64,000 nt of DNA from an uncultured Gemmatimonadaceae bacterium. Lineage in GTDB: Bacteria > Gemmatimonadota > Gemmatimonadetes > Gemmatimonadales > Gemmatimonadaceae. The stretch is from NCBI GenBank assembly GCA_963781585.1, contig CAWAGQ010000011.1:320001-384000 (forward strand), written 5' to 3'. Both the position numbers and the translations under genes were made by a program. Below, in pieces: positions 34,221-43,622 of this stretch (positions are counted from its first letter, which is position 1; each line of letters starts with the position of its first letter). Under the pieces are notes generated by a model. The model saw only the letters and a list, made by a program, of their open reading frames with translations, was not told where the DNA came from and ran no database searches.

Positions 34221-34604
34221 ATGACGTGGAAGAACAACAAGCGACTCATCGTCGTCGGCGACCGCGTGCTGGTGCGTCCCGCGGAAGGCGAAGAGCGCAG
34301 CAAGGTCGGGCTCTACCTGCCGCCGACTGCGGTGGATAGTCAGGCCGTGCAGGGCGGCGAGATCGTGGCCACCGGACCGGGCCTGCCCATGCCCGATCCG
34401 TCGGAATCCAGCGACGAACCCTGGCGCACCGGTCCGCGCGAGACGCGATTCCTGCCGATGCAGGCACGAGCCGGCGACTACGCGCTGTTCTTCCGGAAGG
34501 CGGCGGTCGAGATCACCTTCGACAACGAGACCTATCTCGTCGTGCCCCAGAGCGCGATCCTCGCGCTGGTGCGCGACCAGGACACGAGTGACCATGACAT
34601 CTGA
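34221..34604 (+). CDS. GroES/Cpn10 family co-chaperonin, stand-alone variant
   Basis: 'VVGDRVLVRP...GLYLP...GEIVATGPG...GDYALF...YLVVPQSAIL'. Confidence 0.88.
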   Translation: MTWKNNKRLIVVGDRVLVRPAEGEERSKVGLYLPPTAVDSQAVQGGEIVATGPGLPMPDPSESSDEPWRTGPRETRFLPMQARAGDYALFFRKAAVEITFDNETYLVVPQSAILALVRDQDTSDHDI

Positions 34605-34662
34605 CAACCGACAGCCACTCTCGATCGCCCGGCCTGCCGATCCAACTGAACTCAGGCCGACG

Positions 34663-35097
34663 ATGTACGACGAGCGTTTCATCGCCCCGATGCGACGCGA
34701 GCTCACCGATCTGGGTTTCCAGCAGCTGCATACCGCGGCCGAAGTGGACAGCGCATTGCCCGACGCGAAGGGCGTGTCGCTGGTGGTGGTGAATTCCATG
34801 TGCGGCTGCGCCGCTCGCAACGCGCGTCCGGCGCTGCGTCGCGCGCTGGCCGGCACCGGGGTGAGGCCGGCGCACCTCTTCACGGTGTTCGCCGGACAGG
34901 ACCCGGAACCCACCGCGCGCGCGCGTAACTATTTCACCGGATTTGCGCCGTCGTCGCCGTCGATCGGCATGCTGCGCGACGGCGAGTTGGTCTGGATGAT
35001 GGAGCGCTGGCAGATCGAGGGTAGGGAAGCCGACCAGATCGCCGCCGACATCGTGGCCGCGTTCGACCAGTACTGCGCCACGCCGTCGGGCGGCTGA
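34663..35097 (+). CDS. BrxA/BrxB family bacilliredoxin (YphP/YqiW)
   Basis: 'PMRRELT', 'VVNSMCGCAA', 'TVFAGQD', 'PSSPS', 'IEGR'. Confidence 0.92.
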   Translation: MYDERFIAPMRRELTDLGFQQLHTAAEVDSALPDAKGVSLVVVNSMCGCAARNARPALRRALAGTGVRPAHLFTVFAGQDPEPTARARNYFTGFAPSSPSIGMLRDGELVWMMERWQIEGREADQIAADIVAAFDQYCATPSGG

Positions 35098-35142
35098 CCA
35101 CTCGGCGCCCGGCGCCGTGTCCCACGCACCGCCGAAGGATTC

Positions 35143-35691
35143 ATGGTGTTGACCGTCTACGCCAACCGGCGGTCGCCGGCGGTCCCGAAGATCGGCGCCG
35201 GACTCGCGGCCGCCTTTTTCCGGACGGCGCGCGGGCGCCCGGTGACGCTGGTGGCCGAAGGACTGCCGCTGTCGGCGCGGCCCCGCGACGTCACCTTCCA
35301 CGCGCTCGACCGGATGGAGCCCGGTACCCTGCCGACGCTGATCGCCGACCTCCGTCGCCGCCATCACATCACGGTCGTCGCGCCGAGCGACCCGCGCACC
35401 GAGCGCGCGTTTCTCGCCCTCGAGCACGCCGACCGGGTGCTGCTGCTCAGCGACCTCAGCGTCGCCGGCGTACGCGGCACCCAACGCGTGATCCGGCTCT
35501 GCGCTTCGTTAGGTTACCCGTATGACAAGTTGCGGGTGGTGCTGTTCGGCGTCGCCGACGACCACGCGGTGTCGCCCCAGGTCGCGGCCGCGGCGTTCAA
35601 GCGCCCGGTCTACTGGCGACTTGGCGCTCTCGATGGCACCGCTTCGTCACTCGAGGGCCTGGCTCGCCGGATCCTGACCGACGAACGCTAG
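35143..35691 (+). CDS. Hypothetical protein resembling the C-terminal half of CpaE/MinD-like ATPases
   Basis: 'ALEHADRVLLLSDLSVAGVRGTQRVIRLCASLGYPYDKLRVV' aligns by eye to CpaE at 59784. Confidence 0.6.
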   Translation: MVLTVYANRRSPAVPKIGAGLAAAFFRTARGRPVTLVAEGLPLSARPRDVTFHALDRMEPGTLPTLIADLRRRHHITVVAPSDPRTERAFLALEHADRVLLLSDLSVAGVRGTQRVIRLCASLGYPYDKLRVVLFGVADDHAVSPQVAAAAFKRPVYWRLGALDGTASSLEGLARRILTDER

Positions 35692-35735
35692 CGACCGCCG
35701 CCCTCGTCCCGCGCCGTCCCCCGCATATTCACCCC

Positions 35736-37973
35736 ATGGTGGAGTCGTCGATCCTTCCCAACGCCGTGCTGGCCGGGCGCTACGCCATCGAGCGCGAGAT
35801 CGGCCGTGGCGGCATGGCGACCGTCTACGAGGCCGAAGACCGCAAGTACGGCCGCCGCGTGGCCATCAAGGTCCTGCGCTCCGACCTCTCCGCGTCGTTA
35901 GGTAGCGAGCGGTTTCTGCGTGAGATCAACATCGCCGCCCGCCTCTCGCACCCGCACATCGTGCCGCTGATCGACTCCGGCGAAGCCGACGGAGCGCTCT
36001 ACTACGTCTCGCAGTTCGTTCCCGGCGGCTCGCTGCGCGACCGCCTGCGCCGCGAACCGCGGCTCCCGGTGAAGGAGGCGATCCGCATCGCGCAGGAAGT
36101 GGCCGATGGCCTGGACTTCGCCCACCGGAGCGGCATCGTCCACCGCGACGTGAAGCCCGAGAACATCCTGTTCCTCGACGGCCACGCGGTGATCACCGAC
36201 TTCGGCATCGCCCGCTGCAGCGACGGCAGCGACGACTCGCTCACCGCCATCGGTATGGCCGTGGGCACCCCGGAGTACATGAGCCCCGAACAGGCCAGCG
36301 GCGAACGCGACCTCCAGCCCGCGAGCGACATCTACAGCCTCGCCTGCGTGACCTTCGAGATGCTCGCCGGAGAGCCTCCGTTCGTCAGCGACGGGGCCCA
36401 CCTCACCATCGCCCGGCAGGTTACCGAAACGCCCCGCGCCGTCCGCCTGCTCCGGCCCGACACGCCCCCCGCAGTCGAGCAGGCGGTGCGCAAGGCGCTG
36501 GCCAAGGATCCCGCCCGGCGCTTCCCGCGCATCACCGACTTCACCGCCGCGCTGGCAGCGGCCGAGGAGCCACGCGCGCTGCCGCCGGCGGCGCGCACCC
36601 GCGCCGTGGCCGTCCTCCCGTTCGTGAACGCGAGCCCCGATCCCGACAACGAATACCTGAGCGACGGCATCACCGACGAGCTGATCGACGTCCTCTCCCG
36701 CGTGCGCGGGCTGCGCGTGTCGTCGCGGACGTCGGTCTTCGCGCTCAAGGGGAAACCGCAGGACGTGCGCGCCATCGGCGCCCTGCTCGGCGTCGCCGAA
36801 GTGCTGGAAGGCACCGTGCGCCGGTCAGGCAATCGGCTGCGCATCGCCGCTCAGCTCACCTCCACCGAGGACGGAAGGCTCCTCTGGTCGCAGCGCTACG
36901 ACCGCACCCTCGACGACGTCTTCGCCATCCAGGATGAGATCGCCCGCACCATCGCCAACACCCTGCGCGGCACCTCATTCGCCGATATCGCCGAGCCGCT
37001 GCCCCAGCGCTACACGCAGAACGTGAAGGCGTACGGGCTCTACCTGCGCGGGCGCTTCGCCTGGAACAAGCGGACGCAGGAGGGCATCGCCGAAGGGATC
37101 CGCTATTTCGAACAAGCCATCGCCGAAGACCCCGCCTACGCTCCCGCGTACACCGGCCTCGCCGACTCGTACGCGCTCCACGTGGACTACCGCAGCGTTC
37201 CGGTGGCCGAGGGCTTCGCCCGGGCCATGGAGTACGCGCGGAAGGCCATCGCACTGGACGACACGCTGGCCGAGGCACACGCCTCTCTGGCCTGGAGTCT
37301 GTTCATCTTCGACTGGGACTGGGACGGAGCCGATCGCGAATACCGGCGCGCCATGGAGCTCGACCCCGCCTACGCCACCGCGCATCAGTGGTACAGCTTC
37401 CTCCTCACGGCGCGCGGAGCCCACGACGAGGCACTGCTCGAGGTGCACACCGCGCTCGAGCTCGATCCGGTGTCGGTGAGCGTGCGGCGCAGCGCCGGCT
37501 GGGCGTACTACTATTCGCGGCGATTCGACCGTGCGCGCTATCACCTCGATCGCGCGCTGGCCATGAACCCCACGGCCGAGGAGACGTTTCGCGTTCTCGG
37601 CCTCACCCTGCTCCGCCTCGGGCAGCACGCCGATGCCGAACGCGTCCTGCGCGAAGGGTCGGCCCTTCCCGGAGCCGGCACCTATGACCTCGCGACCCTC
37701 GGGCACGCCCTCGGGGTCATGGGACGACGCGCCGAGGCCGAGGACCTCCTGGCCAGTCTGGAGCAGCGCGCCAGCGAGGGGTACGTGTCGCCGGTGGCGT
37801 TCGCCATCCTGCACCTCGGACTCGGCAACCTGGAACGCGCGCTGGACTATCTCGAGGCGGCCTTCGCCGAGCGACGCGGCTGGCTGGCCTACATCAACGT
37901 GAATCCGACGCTCGATCCACTGCGGGGGGAGCCGCGGTTCAAGGATCTGGTCGGGAAGATGCGGCTCAGCTGA
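35736..37973 (+). CDS. Hanks-type Ser/Thr protein kinase with TolB-N-like and TPR domains
   Basis: GRGGMATVY, VAIKVL, HRDVKPEN, DFG, GTPEYMSPE; 'AVLPFVNAS..EYLSDGIT'; TPR helices. Confidence 0.95.
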   Translation: MVESSILPNAVLAGRYAIEREIGRGGMATVYEAEDRKYGRRVAIKVLRSDLSASLGSERFLREINIAARLSHPHIVPLIDSGEADGALYYVSQFVPGGSLRDRLRREPRLPVKEAIRIAQEVADGLDFAHRSGIVHRDVKPENILFLDGHAVITDFGIARCSDGSDDSLTAIGMAVGTPEYMSPEQASGERDLQPASDIYSLACVTFEMLAGEPPFVSDGAHLTIARQVTETPRAVRLLRPDTPPAVEQAVRKALAKDPARRFPRITDFTAALAAAEEPRALPPAARTRAVAVLPFVNASPDPDNEYLSDGITDELIDVLSRVRGLRVSSRTSVFALKGKPQDVRAIGALLGVAEVLEGTVRRSGNRLRIAAQLTSTEDGRLLWSQRYDRTLDDVFAIQDEIARTIANTLRGTSFADIAEPLPQRYTQNVKAYGLYLRGRFAWNKRTQEGIAEGIRYFEQAIAEDPAYAPAYTGLADSYALHVDYRSVPVAEGFARAMEYARKAIALDDTLAEAHASLAWSLFIFDWDWDGADREYRRAMELDPAYATAHQWYSFLLTARGAHDEALLEVHTALELDPVSVSVRRSAGWAYYYSRRFDRARYHLDRALAMNPTAEETFRVLGLTLLRLGQHADAERVLREGSALPGAGTYDLATLGHALGVMGRRAEAEDLLASLEQRASEGYVSPVAFAILHLGLGNLERALDYLEAAFAERRGWLAYINVNPTLDPLRGEPRFKDLVGKMRLS

Positions 37974-38019
37974 CGGCCGGCAGCCGGCAGCTTCCAGGTG
38001 GAACGAGCAGTGGCCAGCG

Positions 38020-38982
38020 CTAGACTTCCGACCTGATCCCGCCGTCGTCCAGGCCGGCCGCTCCTACGCGCTCCAGGAAGATCTGATGCAGTGACGGCTG
38101 CACGAGCTCGAACCGCTGCACGCGCGCCCCCGTCTGCACCACCCGCCGCAGCAGCACCTGCGGGTCGGCGCCATCGGCCATCTCGATCTCGAAGAACCGG
38201 TTCGAGTCATCCACCCGCTTCACCAGTTGGCGATCGGCCAGCACGTCGGCGATGCCGTCGCCCGACTCGAGCGCCAGCACCACATGACGCCCGCCATGGT
38301 GCACCTTCACATCGGCCAGCTGGCCGTCCAGCACCATCTCGCCGCGCGAGATGATGCACACCGAATCGCAGAGCCGCTCGGCGTTCTCCATCAGATGGGT
38401 GCTGAAGATCACGGTCTTTCCCGCGCGACGGAGGTCCACCACCGTGTCCTTCAGCGCCTGTGAGTTGATGGGATCGAGTCCGCTGAACGGCTCGTCGAGC
38501 ACTACCAGTTCGGGATCGTGCAGCAGGGTGCTGATGAACTGCACTTTCTGCTGCATGCCGCGCGACAGGTCGTCGATCTTCGAGAGGCCCCAGTCCTTCT
38601 CCGGGGTCCGGAGTCCGAGGCGTTCCATCCATTCCGTGATACGCGCGTCGGCCAGCTTCGGCGAAACGCCCTTGAGCTCCGCCAGAAACCGCAGCAACCG
38701 CCGCACCTGCATCTTCTTGTAGAGGCCACGCTCCTCGGGCAGGTACCCCACGCGATCGGTGAGCCCCTTGGCCGTGTTCGGCTGCCCGAATATGAAGATG
38801 CTGCCCTCGTCGGGCTCTATGATGTTGAGCACCATCCGGATCGTCGTCGTCTTGCCGGCGCCGTTGGGGCCCAGCAGTCCGTACACCGATCCCTGCGGAA
38901 TCCGCAGCGAGACGTTGTTGACGGCGGTGTGGCCGGAGTAGCGTTTGACGACGTTGCGAATGTCGACGGAGTAGTCAGGCAA
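38020..38982 (-). CDS. ABC transporter ATP-binding protein (NatA/YhaQ-like)
   Basis: GPNGAGKTT, 'GYLPEERGLY', LSRGMQQK, LDEPFSGLDP, 'PSLHQIF'. Confidence 0.93.
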   Translation of the reverse strand: MPDYSVDIRNVVKRYSGHTAVNNVSLRIPQGSVYGLLGPNGAGKTTTIRMVLNIIEPDEGSIFIFGQPNTAKGLTDRVGYLPEERGLYKKMQVRRLLRFLAELKGVSPKLADARITEWMERLGLRTPEKDWGLSKIDDLSRGMQQKVQFISTLLHDPELVVLDEPFSGLDPINSQALKDTVVDLRRAGKTVIFSTHLMENAERLCDSVCIISRGEMVLDGQLADVKVHHGGRHVVLALESGDGIADVLADRQLVKRVDDSNRFFEIEMADGADPQVLLRRVVQTGARVQRFELVQPSLHQIFLERVGAAGLDDGGIRSEV

Positions 38983-38989
38983 AGTCGCG

Positions 38990-39095
38990 GTCAGGGACGA
39001 GGGTCAGACAGATAGCTCAGCTCATGCGCTACGTGTCAGCTGAATGTAGTCACTCAGGGGTCAGCTATCAGGGTTCAGCTTTCAGCCGTCAGCCC
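38990..39095 (-). repeat. Degenerate heptamer repeats (GCTGA type on the minus strand) upstream of the ABC ATPase
   Basis: Plus strand CAGGGGT CAGCTAT CAGGGTT CAGCTTT CAGCCGT. Confidence 0.7.
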
Positions 39096-39116
39096 GGTCT
39101 GCTACGTTCCGATTTC

Positions 39117-39200
39117 CTTTGGCCTTTGGCCTTTGGCCTTTGGCCTTTGGCCTTTGGCCTTTGGCCTTTGGCCTTTGGCCTTTGGCCTTTGGCCTTTGGC
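39117..39200 (+). repeat. Perfect (CTTTGGC)x12 tandem repeat
   Basis: 84 bp, directly visible, ending 17 nt before the permease ATG. Confidence 0.98.
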
Positions 39201-39217
39201 GTGATGGCCTCTGACCC

Positions 39218-40033
39218 ATGAGTTCTTTCAGGTATAGTCCCCGCCGGGCCACGCTCACCGTCATCGCGGGCGTCGGCGGGTCGCTGCTGCTCCTCTTTCT
39301 GGCCGCTCCGCTGGTGCAGCTGGTGGCCCAGGGGGGAAAGCAGGGCGTGGCGCACCTCGCCTCTGATCGTGAGCTGCGCCAGGCGCTGTATCTCACCGCG
39401 GTCACGGCCACCCTCGCGACCGCCTTCGGCGTCGCCGGCGGCACGCCGATCGCGTACCTGCTCTCGCGATTCCAATTCCGCGGCCGCGCGCTGGTGGCCG
39501 CCATCCTCGACCTCCCCCTCCTCATTCCGCATCCAGTGGCAGGCATCGCGCTCCTGCTCGTGCTGGGACGCGAATCGGCGGTTGGCTCGGCCGCGCTGCA
39601 GTTCGGTCTCCGCATCGTGGGCTCGCCCCCCGGCATCGTGTGCGCGATGCTCTTCGTCTCGGCTCCGCTGTACATCAGTGGCGCGCGTGAGGCGTTCTCG
39701 CGCGTGGATCGTCGCTTCGAGGCGGTGGCGCGCACGCTGGGCGACGACTCCTGGCGCGCGTTTCGCCGGGTCACGCTGCCGCTCGCGTCGCGCGGCATGA
39801 CCGCAGCGGCGGTGGTCATGTGGGCGCGGGCCGTGAGTGAGTTCGGCGCCATCGTCATCCTCACCTACAATCCGAAGACGGTGAGCGTGCTGAGCTACGA
39901 TCGGTTCACCACGTTCGGTCTGTCGGAAGCCCTGCCGGTGGCGGCGGTGCTCGCGTTGCTCGCACTGGTTCCGCTCACCGTGCTGCGTGCGCTGCGGTAC
40001 GACCATGTGACCGTACCCGGGTCTCCGCCGTGA
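39218..40033 (+). CDS. Molybdate/tungstate ABC transporter permease (ModB/WtpB-like)
   Basis: 'LDLPLLIPHPVAGIALL', EAA loop 'EAVARTLG', 'WARAVSEFGA'. Confidence 0.9.
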   Translation: MSSFRYSPRRATLTVIAGVGGSLLLLFLAAPLVQLVAQGGKQGVAHLASDRELRQALYLTAVTATLATAFGVAGGTPIAYLLSRFQFRGRALVAAILDLPLLIPHPVAGIALLLVLGRESAVGSAALQFGLRIVGSPPGIVCAMLFVSAPLYISGAREAFSRVDRRFEAVARTLGDDSWRAFRRVTLPLASRGMTAAAVVMWARAVSEFGAIVILTYNPKTVSVLSYDRFTTFGLSEALPVAAVLALLALVPLTVLRALRYDHVTVPGSPP

Positions 40034-41109
40034 TCGAGGCGGCCGGGCTCTGCGCCCGGATCGGTGCCTTCGCGCTCTCCGACGTGACGTTCACGGTTCC
40101 GCGGGGCAGCTACGGTGTGGTGATCGGTCCGGCCGGGTCCGGGAAGACCACGCTGCTCGAGACGATTGCGGGTATCATCCGTCCGATCGGCGGGACGCTC
40201 CGGCTCGACGGGCGCGACGCGTCCGGCGTTCCACCCGAGCAACGCAACTTGGGGCTGGTGTATCAGCACGCGTTTCTCTTCCCCCATCTCTCGGTATCGG
40301 CGAACGTCGCGTACGGCGTCACCGATCCGGCGGTGACCGCCGAGTTCATGGCCCGGTTGGAGATCGCCGACCTCGGTGGTCGCGACGTTGCATCGCTCAG
40401 CGGCGGCGAGCGCCAGCTGGTGGCGCTGGCGCGCACGCTCGCGAGGCGGCCCTCGATCCTGCTTCTCGACGAGCCGTTCGGTGCCCTCGACCCGCGTCGC
40501 CGCGCCCGCACCCGGCGCGAGGTCCGCGCCCTCCACCGCGAGCTGGGCTTCACCGTGCTTCAGGTGACGCATGACTTCACCGAAGCCGGCTTGCTGGGCG
40601 ATGTGGCGATTCTGCTCGACAAGGGTCGGGTGCTCCAGACCGGAGCACCTGACGGCGTGTTCCGCCATCCCGCATCGCCCTACATCGCGGAGTTCCTTGG
40701 CGCCGAGAACGTCCTGGCCGGCAGCGCGCGGCTTCTTGGCGATCACGCGCCCGATTGGATCGACGCCGAGCCCGCCGCCCTGGCGGAGGGCTATCATCCC
40801 GTGGAATTCCGGAGCGGCCCGTTCACCATCTACACCGTCGGTCAGGCGCCCGAGGGCCCGTGCTATGCGGTGATCCGCGCCGAAGAGGTGGTGTTGTCGC
40901 TGGCGCCACAGAATACGTCGGCGCGCAATCTCTTCCGCGGCCGGATCATCGAGATCGGCACGTTAGGCGCGTTCGCGCGGGTGACAGTCGAGGTGGAGGG
41001 CGTGCCGCTGGTGGCCGCCGTCACCACCCGCTCGGCGCAGGAGATGCATCTTGTCGAAGGTGTTGAAGTCTGGGCGACGTTCAAGGCGATGGGAGTGCAT
41101 CTCTGCTAG
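40030..41109 (+). CDS. Molybdate/tungstate ABC ATPase with TOBE domain (ModC/WtpC-like)
   Basis: GPAGSGKT, LSGGE, LLDEPF; TOBE 'TSARNLFRGRI...VTTRS...FKA'. Confidence 0.9.
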   Translation: MIEAAGLCARIGAFALSDVTFTVPRGSYGVVIGPAGSGKTTLLETIAGIIRPIGGTLRLDGRDASGVPPEQRNLGLVYQHAFLFPHLSVSANVAYGVTDPAVTAEFMARLEIADLGGRDVASLSGGERQLVALARTLARRPSILLLDEPFGALDPRRRARTRREVRALHRELGFTVLQVTHDFTEAGLLGDVAILLDKGRVLQTGAPDGVFRHPASPYIAEFLGAENVLAGSARLLGDHAPDWIDAEPAALAEGYHPVEFRSGPFTIYTVGQAPEGPCYAVIRAEEVVLSLAPQNTSARNLFRGRIIEIGTLGAFARVTVEVEGVPLVAAVTTRSAQEMHLVEGVEVWATFKAMGVHLC

Positions 41110-41327
41110 GACGGCAGCGATCAAACGTCATGCCGCTGACGCTGGGTCACGGTTCAGCCGGCGCGCCGCTTCGACGCTTTGCGCTGATGACCCCCGCGGG
41201 CCAGCAACGCCGCGCTGACATCCGCACTCGAATGATCCGGGACCTCGCCGGTGCGGACGCTATCGTTTGCTGCCAAGTCACCGATCGATGACTCGCCGCG
41301 GTCCTCTTGCGAAATCGGGGATACGGC

Positions 41328-41363
41328 ATTACCGTAATACGTATTACCAAATACGATTACGGT
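41328..41363 (+). promoter_or_regulatory. AT-rich nested palindromes, likely TA autoregulatory operator/promoter
   Basis: Perfect GTAATACGTATTAC (41334..41347) within ACCGTAAT...ATTACGGT; TACGGT -10-like hexamer 6 nt before the ATG. Confidence 0.65.
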
Positions 41364-41369
41364 GCCACC

Positions 41370-41600
41370 ATGCCCATGTCCACCTTGACCACGAAGTACC
41401 AGGCCACGATTCCCCGGCAGGTACGCGAGGTTCTGCAGCTCACCGCCGGAGACCGCGTCGAGTTCGTGCTCGACGCCACTGGAGGCGTGCGTGTGCGCAA
41501 GGCGCCGCCGCGCGCCTCCGCCGAGCTCCATGCCCTCGAGGCAACGCTGTCGCCGGAATGGGATTCGGACAGCGATGACGACGCGTATGCCGGACTATAG
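41370..41600 (+). CDS. AbrB/MazE/SpoVT family antitoxin
   Basis: 'STLTTKYQATIPRQVREVLQLTAGDRVEF'; acidic tail 'EWDSDSDDDAYAGL'. Confidence 0.9.
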   Translation: MPMSTLTTKYQATIPRQVREVLQLTAGDRVEFVLDATGGVRVRKAPPRASAELHALEATLSPEWDSDSDDDAYAGL

Positions 41601-41919
41601 TCCCGGCGACGTCGTCATCGTCCCGTTTCCCTTCACCGATCGCCAGGCCGCGAAGCGCAGACCGGCGGTGGTCTGTTCGTCCAGCGCGTTCAATCGCCAG
41701 GCGGTCCACCTGGTTCTCGCGATGATCACGACCGCCACGCACTCGTCCTGGCCCGACGATGTGCCCGTCCGTGATCTCGGGGCCGCCGGCTTGCCGGCGG
41801 CGTCGGTCGTGCGCTGGAAGCTCTTTACGCTCGATGCATCGCTTGTCCTGCGCACGGCAGGTGCACTCTCCCCGCAGGATCGCACCGCGTGCCGCAAGCA
41901 CCACCCGGTGCGGTTCTGA
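41587..41919 (+). CDS. PemK/MazF family toxin (mRNA interferase)
   Basis: 'GDVVIVPFPFTD..AKRRPAVV...MITT...GLPAASVVR'; overlaps the antitoxin. Confidence 0.9.
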   Translation: MPDYSPGDVVIVPFPFTDRQAAKRRPAVVCSSSAFNRQAVHLVLAMITTATHSSWPDDVPVRDLGAAGLPAASVVRWKLFTLDASLVLRTAGALSPQDRTACRKHHPVRF

Positions 41920-42005
41920 CTTCTGACCACAGACCTCTAACCACAGACCTCTGACCACAGACCTCAGACGCCTGACGCCTGGCCTCCGACCTCCGACCTC
42001 CCGAC
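41915..42005 (+). repeat. Heptamer-based repeats (TCTGACC/ACAGACC, TCCGACC)
   Basis: TCTGACC ACAGACC TCTAACC ACAGACC TCTGACC ACAGACC ... TCCGACC TCCGACC. Confidence 0.85.
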
Positions 42006-42060
42006 GGTGTACCACTCCCCGGCTTGTCACCTGTCCGGAGCCCACTGAACGTTCGTCGCA

Positions 42061-43329
42061 ATGACAATGCATGGCAGAACCGCAAGACCCCACTCCACGG
42101 CGCTCGCCTCCCTGAGCGCAACAGTCCTCGCCGTGGCGTGTGCATCAGGTGGCAGCGCTCCACCGCAGAGCATCACGCGCGTTCCGATCGCCTACGAGCA
42201 GCCGCTCCCGCCCCTCGCGCCCCTCGAGGCGCACCTGCGGCTGGCCGGATCCGAGAGCACGTGGGTGGCGCAGGGCCCCGGCTTCGAGCTGCGAGCGCGA
42301 TCCAGGCCCGACATGCCGCGTCTCAACACCACCCTCCAGCAACTCGCCGAGGTCCATGGCCGCGCCTTCGGCTCCGACCCCGCTCTGGTCATCGTCACGA
42401 TTAGACGCCTCTCGCGCGAGGGGCAGACGGTGGTGCCGGCGCCGACGGTCACCTCAACAACCGAACCGGTGGTCGAGGTGACGGTCGGCCCCGCCGGCGA
42501 TCCGGTCGACGAGGCGACCCTCAGGATGGGACTGCGGGAGGCAGAAGCCCGCGGTGGAGAGGCGGACCGCTCGGGTCGCGGCGGCGCCAACCGCGGCCAG
42601 GGGCTCGGCGGCGTCAACGGGATCGGCGCTCCCGGTACCCGGCGTTCCTCCGGCGTGACGCGCCCGGCCGCGTTAGGCACCGTGGCACGCGTCGAGCGCG
42701 CGTGGCTCTCGGCGCGCGCCACGGCGCTCACGGGCACGCCCGCCACAGACGATCAGCGCGCCGGACTCGACCAGGATCCGCGCGTCCCGGCATGGGCTGA
42801 AGAGGCCATTGCGTCGCTGGCGGCGGACTCGCAGACGGTGAATTACCTGGCCGCCCGGCTCGCGCCGCAGATCGACAGTCTGTACCCGCTCGAGCGACTG
42901 TTAACCATGCGGCGACCCGCCGAACCCCGGCCGGTGATCGCGACCCAGGGCGCCGACTCGGCTGGCCGGCGCGGAGGCGCGGCCGACGGCGGCGCCGGGC
43001 GCCGGGGCGGCATGGAGGGCCGTCGCGCTGGCGGAGGGGGCGGGGGCGGGGGCGGATTCGGTTACGGGAGCTTTGGCGTGACCCTTCGCGGCGCGGCGCT
43101 CTTCGACGCGGAGGCCGAGGCCGTGGGGCAGTACCTCGCATCGCGCGAGGGCCCCCGGATCATCGGCGCGATGGTGGACAGCCAGATCATGGGCAAGCCG
43201 GCGGTGTCGGCGTTGGCCGGCGCCAGAATGCTCCCGGCCCAGCTGCCGGCGCTCGAGGCGCAGTGGCAGAAGTGGCTCGACTATCGCGCGCGCGGCACGT
43301 CAGGCGGCGGCCCCACCAGAATGCGCTGA
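42061..43329 (+). CDS. Hypothetical lipoprotein with Gly/Arg-rich low-complexity inserts
   Basis: Lipobox LAVAC; 422-aa ORF; 3' end overlaps the convergent Rieske gene. Confidence 0.6.
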   Translation: MTMHGRTARPHSTALASLSATVLAVACASGGSAPPQSITRVPIAYEQPLPPLAPLEAHLRLAGSESTWVAQGPGFELRARSRPDMPRLNTTLQQLAEVHGRAFGSDPALVIVTIRRLSREGQTVVPAPTVTSTTEPVVEVTVGPAGDPVDEATLRMGLREAEARGGEADRSGRGGANRGQGLGGVNGIGAPGTRRSSGVTRPAALGTVARVERAWLSARATALTGTPATDDQRAGLDQDPRVPAWAEEAIASLAADSQTVNYLAARLAPQIDSLYPLERLLTMRRPAEPRPVIATQGADSAGRRGGAADGGAGRRGGMEGRRAGGGGGGGGGFGYGSFGVTLRGAALFDAEAEAVGQYLASREGPRIIGAMVDSQIMGKPAVSALAGARMLPAQLPALEAQWQKWLDYRARGTSGGGPTRMR

Positions 43330-43622
43330 CCCTCCACGCGCACCGTGTACGCCACCGCGGCCTGCTCGGCGGGACCGCGGCGCACCGCACCCGTGTGGCA
43401 GTCGAAGCGCGCCCCGTGCCAGACACACTCCAGCGTCCCATCGGGGAGCACTTCGCCCGCCGACAACGGCATGCCCTGGTGCGGGCATTCGTCCAGAAAC
43501 GCGCTGATCTCGTCGCCGTAGCGAACCAGGCAGACCCGTTCTCCCGAGGGGAGTTCCGCCGGGTACACGCCGTCGCCAGGCAGATCGTCGAGGGTGGCGA
43601 CCGGTTGCAGCGCCTCGATCAT
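43281..43622 (-). CDS. Rieske [2Fe-2S] ferredoxin (SUF-associated)
   Basis: CPHQ...CVWHGARFD motifs. Confidence 0.92.
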   Translation of the reverse strand: MIEALQPVATLDDLPGDGVYPAELPSGERVCLVRYGDEISAFLDECPHQGMPLSAGEVLPDGTLECVWHGARFDCHTGAVRRGPAEQAAVAYTVRVEGQRILVGPPPDVPRAR

